A stretch of DNA of 51,943 bases, filler included, from Streblomastix strix (taxonomy: Eukaryota), in NCBI GenBank assembly GCA_008636045.1. It is 3 parts of 3 records of this genome, joined end to end, with 100 filler letters (N's around TTAATTAATTAA, not from the genome) between each part and the next. Parts side by side here need not be neighbours in the genome. Positions count along the whole stretch, not along the records: positions 17,364 to 34,615 come from SNRW01000713.1; positions 34,716 to 51,943 come from SNRW01000714.1; 1 more part is not named here. The stretch is one strand, 5' to 3'. A program made the position numbers and the translations under genes. The notes beneath the pieces were generated by a model. The model saw nothing but the letters and a program-made list of their open reading frames with translations, searched no databases and had not been told where the DNA came from. Shown here in pieces: positions 24,714 through 37,718 of the stretch; position 1 is the first letter of the stretch; each line of letters begins with the position of its first letter.

Positions 24714-25279
24714 ATTATCTTAAAATTAGTATAAATTATAAATATTATAAAAATATTATAAATATTATAAGAAATAATTGTTATAATAAGATTTTTGTTG
24801 AGTAAAGCATGCAAAAACTTGATTTTAAATAATAATTGAAGTGAGTTTAATTCACTTTCATTTTTTGACCGAAATGAGAATTTTCAGTTTTATTTAAATT
24901 ATGCATTCCAAATAATAAATTAACATAAAATAATTTATACGATTAAAATTCAAGATTAAGAAGTATGTTTTGTAAAAAATGCTTGTCGTACGTTAATTTC
25001 CGATTTTTTAGTGTTCTACTCGTGAAATGATGATATATAAAGGCATAAATTTGAAATAAAGAGTTATATAATAAAATATGTAGGTAATTAAAGAAGAAAA
25101 AACAATCTATGAATGTAGAAACGATTTGAATTAATTTGGCCATAAAACATGAATAATAAGTTCGATGAGATTTGGTATCGTTAAAAATTGTCTTAAAACA
25201 AATGTATAAAGTATATAATATATATAATTTGTTTGCTATAATTTTATTTACAGAATTATAGAAAGAAAATAAACATTTA

Positions 25280-28200
25280 TCAAAAAGAGACTAATAATTC
25301 ACCTAGGGTTGGTAAATTAAAAGTTCTCTTATTCATCACATCTGTGCGACTCGAAAGAAGACCACTAGTTTAAGTTAGAGGCATTGAATTTTAAGTGGGT
25401 TAAGAAGAAGAAGAAGAAATTGAAGCACTTTATGAAGTCCTATTTGTATCTGAAGGGAGAGGATAGTATCTTTGTATGTTAAAAGTAGTATTTTATGACT
25501 AATTGGGAAATAAATATCTTGAAGTGGATGATGTTGATGGCACAGATGAATAATGAGTGCTTTGTGAATAAGATCCCTAAGATCTTTGTGTATGTGGTTA
25601 GAAGGAGAGAAGATTATCATAGAAGGCAATTGCAGATGATGAATATTAATAAGGAGGAATTGATGTGTTATTACTTCTAACTGATTCAATCTCACTTCTG
25701 CTTGTGTGTGAAACCGGTTATGATCCTTTTTTAATGTTTTAATGAAGATCAAGTTTCGGAAGAGTAAATTATTATTATTATTAATTTGAAGTTGGAGTCA
25801 AAATTTTTGGAGTTTAATGAACTAATTAAGGTGTATTAATTGAAGGAGATGTTGATTATGTTGATTATAGTGGTTTAATAGAATGAATGCTATCCTAAAC
25901 ACTACGATCTGTAATTTATTCTTTTAAAACAGTTTATTTCTATTCTTCAACATTTTCATCTTTTCTCTTTGCCTATTAAGGGCTTCTAATGCGAGGTCTG
26001 GTACTGTGACGAAATAATGTTTATAATCCAACATTTTCAATCTTCATTGCATTTCCATCCTTGTCCAATAATCTGAGATTCTCATTCTCATTTGTGAAAA
26101 CTGATTTAATTTTACTTCCAAGATCTTTTGTTGACTAACTTTGATCTAAGTCTGCACTAAGTTGATTGTTTTGTTATGATTATCTTTAATTAGGCATATT
26201 TATTGGAGGGAGAATTACTAATTAGTTATGCTATATCGTTTAAGGTGTATTAATTGGTTTTATTTCTTAATATGATTTATTATCATTTGCTTTTGAAACC
26301 ATATCTTATTTCTTTTATAAATAATTCATTCTTTCATTTTATTTCTTTTTCAGTGCAGACAATCTCTAACTTCTCGAATTTGCTTACTCTAATAATGATT
26401 CCATTCTGGTTTTTCTAGTATTAAATCTTTGAATGCGTTGAGTTCTTGTAGAAAATGGTGGTAAAATAATGTCTGGGAATTTAGCGAATGATTAGTTAGC
26501 TTATAAAATATATGAACCTTCATCCATATCTCCAGATTTAAATTCAGAATCAACTTTACTTTAATTCTTTAGAATCTATTATTATTTCTTCATTTCTAAA
26601 GCTTCTTTTTCTTCAGCTTCAGTTTTCTCCCAAGCTCTTTCTACAAGAGCCACCTTATCAATATCTTTCTCTACTTCCATCTGCTCCAATTCAGTCTGAA
26701 CTATTCTTTAGTATTCAATATTCATCCTTTCCATCTCTTCTTCTCCAGATCTCCCAGTTAGTTCATCACTTTCTGGACTAAAGAAGTTGGCTCTATTTAT
26801 TATATTCTCAACTGTTCTGAAAGGAGGTTTAATTGGCTTAAGATATTCTTTCTCAGATAAGATCTTCTTAAGTTTATTTAATTCACCTTATTTCTTCTTT
26901 AGATATTGACGTTATAAGTTGTGCGACTCTCTAAATATGTACATATCATTCTTTTCATATTAATATGGAGGAGTATTATTCATATTATCAGATTATTATA
27001 ATTGATTAGTTTTATTCTCTTCATTTACACCTTCTGGACTTTATTCACGATTAGTGACTTCTTTATTTCTCCGAATTACATCTGAATCTTATTCTGCTAA
27101 ACCTTAATCTTAATTATCAACATCTTTCTCATCAAATAATTTTAATTTCTTTCCTTACATTAACCTCTTTGCATTATCTGCTATCTTCATAACATTGGCA
27201 ATTTCTAAGTCTTTGAAATTCCACCAATTCATTTGATCTAAATAACTTTCATTGAAATATACTGATTAAGAAGGAGATTCAGAATGATCTGGAGTTAATT
27301 ATTGCTAATTTGAATCAATTGATTGTTTTTGAGTTAATTCATTCTAATTTGCTTTATTCTATGATTAGTTCTGTTATTGATTATCTGAAGTATTGGATTA
27401 ATTATCATCACTCCAATTGGCTAATGCAACAGCCAGTAAAGGTGAATTAGAAGCAGCAAAGTCCAGAAGTGGATGAGCTTCAGCTGCTCTTTTCTTCTGC
27501 TACTTCTCTCTTTCTCTTTATTTAGCTTTCTCTTTCTCTTTCTCCATCATTACTTCCAGATCTCCACTTTATTCTTATTATTAATTGGATGCATTTAATT
27601 TGGACTATCCTTCATCAGTATCTGCATTCATAGTCTTATCTCCTATTTATGGCATCCTACTTCCCATTATGTTATTCAATTCCTTCCTGATTTCTGCATC
27701 AAATCCTTTTTCTCTCAAAGATGGGATAACTTCTATGCAGAAATATATGGTATAGTCTAATAGATCTTTGAAGAAGCACTGCATTACTTGGTCAGAGTAC
27801 CTCTATCCATGAGTCTCAGCAAAGCATGCATGTATTACTACAATGAAATATGCTTATGAAGCCATCATGAAGTATCGATCTAAACAATCTTTAATCCTTC
27901 CTTCTCTTCCTGGATCTCTCATATGCGCTATCATTTTCTTAGCAGCTCTGAATAGAGGTTATAATAAATATTAATGAATTTATTAATATACAATAAATTA
28001 AGCATACAATGATGGATTTTTCTTATCTTTCATCGTAATCATATCGTTTTAAAAGATTCTTTATTCATAAAACGCTTAGAAGTAAAGCATAATTGACATA
28101 ATAAACTTGTTAAGTACTTCTGATTCATGTTGGTAGAACTGCTAAAATAGTTATCCCAATGGACTCTTCCGATATAATTCCATTTCACCAAGAGCTCTTT

Positions 28201-28500
28201 CTTTGACCTTTTTCAAGCTCTTATCATCATACTGCTTGAAGCTTAAGTCTATCTGTTCATGTACTATTAGAAAAAATAATCTTAAATAAATAAATTAGCA
28301 TCAACATACCAAATGGCGTTATATTTGGTACTGCAAACAACTTTTAACTTGCTAATAAGAATTTTTCTTGGTTTTTACTCATAAATTACCTATTCCTTGA
28401 ACTGAAATTATATTATTTAATTAATATATAAGTATATTCAATGAATGATAATATTTTGTATTAATAATAACTTACAGAAAACTAGAAGCTGGCAAATAAT
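25280..28500 (-). CDS. Hypothetical protein with a PPP1R36-like domain and a low-complexity tail; 5' end uncertain
   Basis: The long terminal exon from ~27960 ends in frame at TGA 25280-25282. The segment DQVMQCFFKDLLDYTIYF...DAEIRKELNNIMGS resembles the PPP1R36 core (from recollection). Confidence 0.5.
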
Positions 28501-28776
28501 AATAAAAACTAAATTTGAAACTAACAATAACGTATTGATTAAATTAATTTATTTAAATTTATTTGTAAATATTTATATTAAAATAATAATATAGAAATGC
28601 AACGTTATTGTGCACGCTGACAGACAAGCTGTTTTGGAAATAGATTTTAATTAACTTCCCTGTGAGTGTTTATTTATCCTTAATTCATTTGAATGTATCT
28701 ATATAAAATTATTAAAAAATATATATGATAAATAAAAACCAAGAAGCATATAAACTCATTAAAGTATGTTTATTGT

Positions 28777-31700
28777 TCAACATCCCACGTACGAGCTTCG
28801 CCCTCCAGAGTTGTGAATCCCAGTCGAGAAATTGGGTGGTGCAGATGCTGGAAGTGTGGATGCAGGCTTTGAAAGACACCATTCATACCATACTCTGTGT
28901 TCATCAACCACTCTCCACATCTCAAAAATAATTCTATCTCCTCTTTGCACAAAAACGGCTGTGTTTAGTGGAAACCATATTGGAAACCAAGAGTACATAT
29001 CATGTGATGGACATGATGGATGTGTTGAAAGAACAACAGTTCGTCCACCTTCCTCTTTGTATTGATCAATCCTACTAGTAACTTTATTTTATCTCTCGAT
29101 TTACTCTTATTATGATCCATCAACTTTCTATGTAACTTTATCTGAGAAAAGTTCTGAAGTGAAATATCCAGCAAAACCATGGCATCTGGCAGTCTCCATT
29201 ATATCAAATTCAAGTCTAATATAGCGAGAATTGTGATTATTGTTTGGTTACATGGAATAGAAAGGATGTATTTTGATTCGTTAATGATCAAGTTATTATT
29301 TTATGTTAATTTAATCTTCTGTTTTTATTTCATTTTATTCTAAATTTAATTTCTTAGGAATATCATCAATCATAATATTATTATCAAATTAATTGTAATT
29401 ATTATCATTGTAATTCCATCCAATTTCTGCTTCATATGAAGAAGGATGATTGAAAGTGAAACATTCTTATGGTTTACTAAGTAGAATATGTTTGTTAAGA
29501 AGTACCACATATGGAGTTTCAAAGACTGTCATTGCAATCTCTTTTGGACGAACAGTACTATAGTATATATATAATATGTATATAATATGATATAATTAAT
29601 AATATGTATATATATTAATAATATTATCTTTCATATGAACAATACCCACTTCCACCTTCTGCACCAACATCCTTATGTTGAGATGTAGAAAGATTGCATA
29701 TCTCATTATACAATATTGGACAACTTATTGGGACTAAATAGGATGTTGATTATTATGGAATTGAAATACCTAATACATAATAATATACATTAGTATATAT
29801 TAATAAATGAATAATGCATATATATCTTATATGTATATTAATAATATACCTGTTTTCCATCTTAGGAATCTCTATCCACCATCAAGACATTCAGGAGACA
29901 ATTCATTATCACCAAATGATCCAAGAAGTTCAGATACAATTAAATCAGATTATCCAAATAATGTTGAAGGATGGATTGATTAGGATTAAGATGTTTAGTT
30001 TTATTCATTTATTAATTTCTTGAATGTTGGTGCTGTACAATCACGCATATCTGCAGGAAGTATCTAAACTGACTTAGGCCATTCTTTCCCTATAGTAAAT
30101 AAATTAAGTATTATAATAATAAAAATGAAACATCTATACATATACAAATTAATTCATTAATATATACCAGTCAAAGCTTTCAATGTTATTATTGCATTAG
30201 GATTCTTCTCTAATGCGATTACTCTTGGTTTGAGAGGAAGAGAAAGAAGACGTGTGAGTAATTCTTATTCTTAATCATCATATTTATTATCTTAACTTCC
30301 ATTATCAGATTCTAAAGGTGATAAAATCCTTCTTATCGACTCTGGAATAATAAAACTTCTTTATTTTTCTATGTTATCATCATTTTCATCTTTATTTATT
30401 TTCTCTTCCTTTTTAACTTGTCCATCTTCTTAATCTTAAACTTTCCTTTTCTTATTTTCTTTTTCTAATGTCCATTAACTAGCCATTAATTTTCTGAATA
30501 TAAAATAAAATGAAAATAATTAATCAATAAAAAATAATCATCTATTATCAATAAAGATATTCAGAACCTTAATTAATTTGCTTTCTTAACAGCTCTGTAT
30601 ACACATCTTATAATTGGTCCTCTTCCTGCACCAAGAAGCATAATAAGTGGAGAAATAGATTATAATAAAGATGAAGATGAAGATGAAGAAGAAGAAGAAG
30701 ATGAATTAATGTTTGTTAATTAATTAAGTAAAGTAAATAAATCTGTTTCTTATTTATGTGACTAAGGTTAAGATTCAGGACTCAATGATTTCTTTATTTA
30801 AATTCTTTCTTTCCTTCGTTATTCTATAAATTGAATAACTTCTGCTCCAAATACTAATTAGGGAACTTCACAAAGTGCTCTTGTAACTGCCTATCAATAA
30901 TAAATAAATTAATTTATTAAAATTACAAATTAAACAATATTCAAGAATAAAAATGATGTAAAATTTCGGTTTTTTAATTAATTTAATATTAAATTATACT
31001 TATTAATAGAGTTGATATTTGACAGGATCCTTCTCAAATGTTTCATATGTCTATAATAACAAATAAATAATATATAATAATAATAATATAAGAAAAAATT
31101 AATATTTTCCTTTATTTTTAATATAGTAATTATTTTCTCTCTTCAAACTTGTGTATCGAGATGATCTTTAAGAGGTTGCAGGGGTGATTGAAGATAATCT
31201 CTAATTGAAAATGCATTATAAATAAATAAAACAATTAATGATATTATATAAATAAATATAATTTATTCTTCTCTCACTATTGTTATAAAACATAAACAAC
31301 CTATAAGACATTAAATAAGACTCAACAGAAGTGAATAATGAAGGATAAATGGTCTTAGAAATATATTATAGATATGTTTTATATAACATATGCATTTCTC
31401 TATAAAGAAGAATTTTAGATTAGTTTTATTATTTCAATTACTTCTTAGAATTTGAATCTTGTTTTGTTGATTACTGATGAGAATTCTAATTAATTGATGA
31501 ATGAGATTCAGATGATGAAGATGATTAAGAATTAGAACATGAATCATCATCACCTTCTTCTTCTTCATTATCATCATCTTCTTCTTCATCCTCTTATTAA
31601 TCTTTTCTTCTTCCTAATCCTTATATTCTGTTTATTATTAATTCATTCTTATCTGATTTATTATCTTTATTCATCTCATTAATTATATTTTAATTCTTTT

Positions 31701-33127
31701 CTTTCTTCTTCTTCTCTTCTCCTTCATTTTCTTTATCCATTTAACTCTTCTCTAATCTCTTATTTTCTTTCCTCAACTTCTTCTTCAATTTTCTTCTTCT
31801 TCTCTACTCAACTATTCCTCCAACTACATCTCCTGATTATTAATATATAAATATAAATATGAATATATAATAATAATAATAAAAGATCTTTAGATTTATA
31901 TTAATCCAATAATTAAACCAGGAATTTCTCCTTATTCTCCAGGCCTCGGTGCAACGAGATTCAATTTACCAGAATTCAATGTTGTAAAATCAGGGTTTCT
32001 ATTTGAACTGATATTGTTAATATCATTATTATTATTATTATCATAATCTTCTTCATCATCATCATCATCTTCATCTCCTTCTTCATTATCTTAAATCTTT
32101 ATTCCATTATCTTATTAATTAATTGGTTTCCCTTCATTATTCAATTATAATTTTTCAAGTAGAGTTGTTGGACGATGAAGAGGTGGACCACTAACAAGAA
32201 TCTATAATTGGAATAATTAAATAAATAAATAAACTAAATATTAATATATAATTAAATAGATATTAATATTAAACCTGAATATTTCCAACTCTCAACACCC
32301 TTCTGAGCAATTCTTAATATTTACGATGCAAACATGGAAATCCCATTTTATTAGTGGCAAATATGGATGTTGGAAATACAACACATGCAACAGGTTCAGC
32401 TAACCATCTTTGGATATCACGAATGAATTCATCTGAAATAATACAATATGAATTTAGAAATGTTAAATAGAAGATTATTATATTTATTTCAATATTAATA
32501 TTAACCTGAAGTTACAAATGGATTTGGGTCAATGTCTGGCATTCTAAGTGCAATTCTAAGATATGAATTGTTCTCACAAAAATTTCTTATCCAATCCCAA
32601 ATAAGCCATGGATCACAATATTATTTATTTTCATTAGATTGTGTCTGTTCAATTGCATTTGGTATAAGAGGTACTTCCAACCATAGCAATACTGAAGCAG
32701 AAGATCGAGATATGCATCTATTTATTATGTGTGCTAGATTAGAAGGATAATTTGATTTTGGTGCAGGAATATACATTGTTGGTAGACCAAGATGTTGAGC
32801 CCACTCATAAAGCTGCAAAAATCTTGTCTATGCAGCAGAGTTCACTTCTGGAATTGGACTTTCAATGTTGGCAACTAGCTCTGAAGGAACTGAAATTACT
32901 GTCTAATTACTCCATGCAGATGCAAGTAATACAAAGTCTGCATCAACAGCTACATTCTCTCCGTTATCTACAGCATATGCTGGTTGAGGCAGAGATGTAA
33001 CACTGAAATCGACCTGGAGTGCTTGAACTTCCTGGAATGCGAGGCAAAGATTAGGTTTATTCTTGGGTATGAGAGGGTGTGAAGGGTCATCTAAAATGTA
33101 GCCAACAGAGAGTTGTCCACCTGACAT
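28777..33127 (-). CDS. PRMT5: Protein arginine N-methyltransferase 5, multi-exon, with long low-complexity insertions
   Basis: Motifs DYLQSPLQPLKDHLD, YETFEKDPVKY, LGAGRGP, ALEKNPNA, IVSELLGSFGDNELSPECLDG, FETPYVV, MYSWFPIWFP, VWYEW, IHNSGGRS. Confidence 0.95.
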
Positions 33128-34055
33128 AATTTGTAAACTTACATATATTTATAAAAAGATATAAAATAATTTTAATAAATAGAGTTTAAGACGGATAGGG
33201 ATTCTGTTTTTAGTAAATGTTTGAATCTGGCTTGATAAACGCATTTATCATAATATTTTAACTTTAACTATTATAATATAAATTTATTTAATGCAAATTA
33301 ATTAGTTTAAGTCATATAAATATTGAAATACAGCTCAGAAAATGAATTTTTTTTTAAAAATGAGATATAGTGTTGTAGTTTTACAACCCTTTTTATTTAA
33401 TAATATTAAGTCAATATTTACTTACTTGTATATATTAATTAAGGTTAATTAGAAATTTACATTTAAATATTGGTAGAAAACTTTCCAAAAGTTTCAAATA
33501 TTTATATACAAACATTTTATTACAATAGATTTGTTTAAAATTATAATAGCTCATTATGGAGGATATTAATAGAAAGCATTATTGAGTTTTCATTAGAAAA
33601 TGGTTTGTTGAAAATTCTTTGGACGCAAATTATGTAATCGGCATTAATGCCATAAATAAGTAAATACTCATGCTTCTTAATTGATTATTAATCACATTTC
33701 CTACATTATTACCCTTTCTAATGAGATTTCAGAAGTTTTTTTGAAAATACTTATATATCAAATTTTTAGGCGTGTGTATAATTAGTTAATATCTAACATA
33801 ATAAATGATTGAATATACTCACATTTTAACTAAATAATTACAAATATACACATAACTCAAAGTAAATACTGCTGTTATTAAGATTTTAATGATTTTATTA
33901 CTCTTTTTTCAATTTTTTAAGCACAGGGTAAAACGCAATTTTTATCTAATCATAAATAATTATATACCCACATAACTCTAACTGGCCCACCCAGCCAACC
34001 TCCTCTGGGTTGATTTGACATCCCATAATTCATTTTTTATTCATTATTATTAGAT

Positions 34056-34615
34056 ATGACAAACGAAGCGGAGAAACTTCTCCTCACTCATAAAGAATAA
34101 TTCTTATGGGCTATACTTACATCGTGCGATGGAATGAAACCAATCCCACGAGTTGTTCATCTCTGTCACAACAACGAGCTCGGTTTCTTCATATCGACTA
34201 GAAATAGTTCTGCAAAAGTTTCGTAGATTGAGAAAAATCCATTCGTGGCAGTTAGTGTTTATCCAGGGCAGGGGTATGAATCTGCAGTTGCACATTGTAC
34301 TGCTCAAATAACTGCAGAACAACGAGTACTTGATTCAGCATGGAGTGATGATCTGAAACAAGTTGGATACAGTGGAAAGACAGATCCATAACTTCGTGTT
34401 ATTCTATTCACATTACATTCAGTAACATTTGGAGATAAAACATATTCAGGAGCACCAATAGACAAAGCGATCTACAAGAAGATTGCACCTTAAGATGTTC
34501 CAGCTCTTGCTATTGGTCCATTTTAGACAAAATAAGTAAATGAATTACTTAAGGAATTATTCAAAACGAAAATGAATGCTCATCTTGCAACATTGAATGG
34601 TGTGGGACCCGAAGA
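34056..34615 (+). CDS. Pyridoxamine 5'-phosphate oxidase-like FMN-binding split-barrel protein with tandem domains, truncated by the contig end
   Basis: AILTSCDGMKPIPR...FFISTRNSSAKVSQIEKNPFVAV...AWSDDL...YSGKTDP. A second domain begins at AHLATLNGVGPE. Confidence 0.8.
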
Positions 34616-34715
34616 NNNNNNNNNNNNNNNNNNNNNNNNNNNNNNNNNNNNNNNNNNNNTTAATTAATTAANNNNNNNNNNNNNNNNNNNNNNNNNNNNN
34701 NNNNNNNNNNNNNNN
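34616..34715. other. Artificial contig linker (N44-TTAATTAATTAA-N44)
   Basis: Same 100-nt structure as 17264-17363. Confidence 0.97.
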
Positions 34716-34946
34716 TTCAATCTCAATTTTACAATTCACCAGCAACAAAAAGATAAAATAATAAATTAGTGCAAACTTCACCCCTATATACTACTGCGTA
34801 ATCAGACAACACACAGCGGGGGCCACTGATTCAACAATGCCCCATCCATTACTGTTTTTAATTACCTAGTATATATAATAAAATAAAAAAAATAAAAAAA
34901 TAGTGATAAACGATAATATTAAATTTTAAATGTATAACATTTGAGT

Positions 34947-35532
34947 TCAAGCTCTCATATATAATTCGTATTCATACATTTATGGAGCAGGTTATGGTTA
35001 GGGTTCTGGTTTTTCTTCTCTAATTTCTTCCTTTTAAATAATATATTTAGGCTATTTATAACCTTTTATTTTTTGCTTATATTTCTCTACCTATTTTATT
35101 GTGTCTTAATGTTATTATTTTATAAATGAGTTTTCAGTTCTTAATCGTATCAGTTCTTCCAAATCGAGCAACAGATTAGTATAATTAATCTATGGCTATT
35201 TTGAACTTTTAACTGTTCGCTTTCTAACAATTTTTTTGATGGCTTTCTCTTACTTCGCTTTAACTTTATGAGCCTTCCGTCTCATTTTCATATTCTGCAG
35301 CCTCCTCATATTCTTCCTCAATAGGTTTTTATGTCCTCTTTTTTTCAATGCTCCCACTTCTCGCTTATAAAAGTAATTTATTTTATTATACGGAAGTTAA
35401 TGCACGCGCTGATTTTTTCCCATCTTCATAAACTTTAATTTTATCTTTAACTTACATAATATATCCATTATCGAAATATTCGATTTATGTTCCATTCTCA
35501 ATCAAATTTTTTAATGCATGTGCCTAATCCAT
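34947..35532 (-). CDS. Viral hypothetical protein (probably frameshifted)
   Basis: TAAATG start, MDQAHALKNLIENG..., charged low-complexity middle. Confidence 0.5.
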
Positions 35533-35696
35533 TTAATATTTTAAAAATTATAAAATGATAAAAGGAATAGAAAGAAATTAATTGCGCATGTCAAAGTCAA
35601 AAAAAATAAATGTCTTAATTAAAATAAAAAGAACTATAAGACCACGATAAAATAAAACTATAAATATTCGATGAAGCAATTAGCTGAATAAAAATA

Positions 35697-36257
35697 ATGC
35701 CCACAGACGACTCAACAATTGAAAGGTCATTCGTGCAGCCTACAGAAGAATAATAATCAGCAAGAAATCATAAAAAATATGACATTAATAAATTTAAAGA
35801 AGTGGAACGCACTACTGCATAAGTTGAGCCAGAAGAGGCTACATAAAAGCTTGCAGAAGAACAACCAAAAAATATATATTTGTCTCATCCAAATTTAGAA
35901 GTTTAAAAGTTCGAGATTGATACGATATGGCGCACTATCACCAAAAGACAACGAGGCGATGACTTCGTTTTTTCCTCTGATAACTTCATCAAATTTTGGG
36001 CACTAATCACTTAGAACGATGAGGAGGATGTTGAAATCGTATTAGAGGAAGCCATTATTTAGCCGCATACTTGCATACCTAAAAAGCTAAAGAAAAAGGA
36101 CTTGATTAGAGTATAGGATATTTTAATAAAAAACGTATCCTTTAAAGTAATTGATAATGTGCTATTTAATTCAATAAAAAAATTATATAGGGTAAATTGT
36201 GATTTTATCCGTCTCAGTGATACACCAGAGACTGAAATAAATGAAAATGATTTTTGA
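35697..36257 (+). CDS. Viral hypothetical protein
   Basis: Open with TAR=Gln from MPTDDSTIERSF to ...ETEINENDF*. It may once have started at 35588. Confidence 0.6.
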
Positions 36258-36300
36258 AACATTAATAGAAACATTTATTTTTGTGTTATATAAGTTATAA

Positions 36301-37347
36301 ATGGACACATAAATTTTAAGCGATTTATAAAATCTTGATGAGGATGATTTAGCTAATGAACAATAATAATTTCAATTATTGAAATAAAAATAGGATGAAC
36401 AAATGAAATAAATATAGTAAAAAAATTAATTAATGACAATCACTGATAATCAAACTCTAAAATGGTTCGCTTATCTATCTCAATTTTTTAAAAAAGCTGT
36501 TGGGTTTTTTAATCTAAAAACCAATCAAACCATATTGGGAATCAAAACATTTTTATCACCTATTTATGGAACTAAATTTATTTTGACTTGTGGCACAAAT
36601 AATTAAATTCTACTCGCTAATGGTGAAACAATAGATATGGGTGATTTTTTACCTAAATATTATCCTCATGCGATGGGTTAATTGATTATAGAGCCGAATG
36701 ATGATATACGCAATTAGGGCATAAGGATAATGAAAAATAAAGCGAATTGGGATAGTTTCGTACTCACTGGCTGCAACGCTGACCCCACAGATAGAGATGG
36801 AGTATGGAAAATGTGATCAACGTCATCATAATTTAGGATATAAAAATAAGAAGATGATGCATATGATTATAAGGGTATAATTATTGATTTCGATTGCACA
36901 ACATTAAAATTTAATAATTAAATTGTAGCTCCATTACCTGTTCCCCCTATTGAATATGCAATATATTAATCTATTGCTTATAGAATGTATGAATAATTAA
37001 TTTGGGGCACTGTAAAATCATAAAAAGACCGTGTACATATATCTGTGTAAATAACTCATTCGGATCCAAATACATTAACAGAGTCAGGATATACTATGTT
37101 TTCAATTGTTAATAATGCCATTAAACCAAAATTTTCTAGCACTACGCATAATATACCCCTTAATGCTGTTATGTTTTCGGTTAAAAATATTGGTTATCCT
37201 ATATGTTGGAATGGTGCTATTCCTATTGATTGCTTCATTAATCCTAATGGAAATGTTATAATAAATACAATGTGCCAGATTAATTTACCTGATGATTTTT
37301 GCGTATAGGTTTGCGATTCTTATGCTGTTTATAATTAATCAGTTTGA
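36301..37347 (+). pseudogene. Fibre-like viral protein with an internal TGA (36814-36816)
   Basis: NQTILGIKTF...GTKFILTCGTNNQILLANG and QGIRI motifs are shared with the 40644-43005 fibre gene. Confidence 0.65.
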
Positions 37348-37532
37348 TAATTTTAATAATATATAAATGGAAGGCTTTAATGAAACTATAATTTATGCCC
37401 TTGATTAATTAAATACAAATTGACATGCTATATTTAAAACAATTTGGGAAGCTGCAATAAAATACGCTTGCGAATCTAAAATTTACCTTTGAAAATTAAT
37501 TAAATTTTATTTTTATGTTACATAAATTATAA

Positions 37533-37673
37533 ATGATTTGGGAAATAATAACCAGCATATCATTAATGATTATCGCTTGTAATAATTTGCTTGGTTGTAT
37601 ATTAATGACAATATAAATAAAAATAGATAGTGAAGAAATAAGTGAAGAAGTTAGAAATTCAATATATGGCTGA
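37533..37673 (+). CDS. 46-aa viral peptide with a hydrophobic N-terminal segment
   Basis: TATAAATG start. MIWEIITSISLMIIACNNLLGCILMTIQIKIDSEEISEEVRNSIYG*. Confidence 0.5.
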
Positions 37674-37718
37674 AAAATAATTATTTTTCATCCGTGCCGA
37701 TTTCATCTGCCGGGGCTT

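Noticed and set aside
33976..34030. GC-rich island with a 6-bp hairpin (ACCCAG/CTGGGT), possible ncRNA
   Set aside because: No recognisable RNA family motifs. It reads equally well as a minus-strand first exon (MGCQINPEEVGWVGQLELC).
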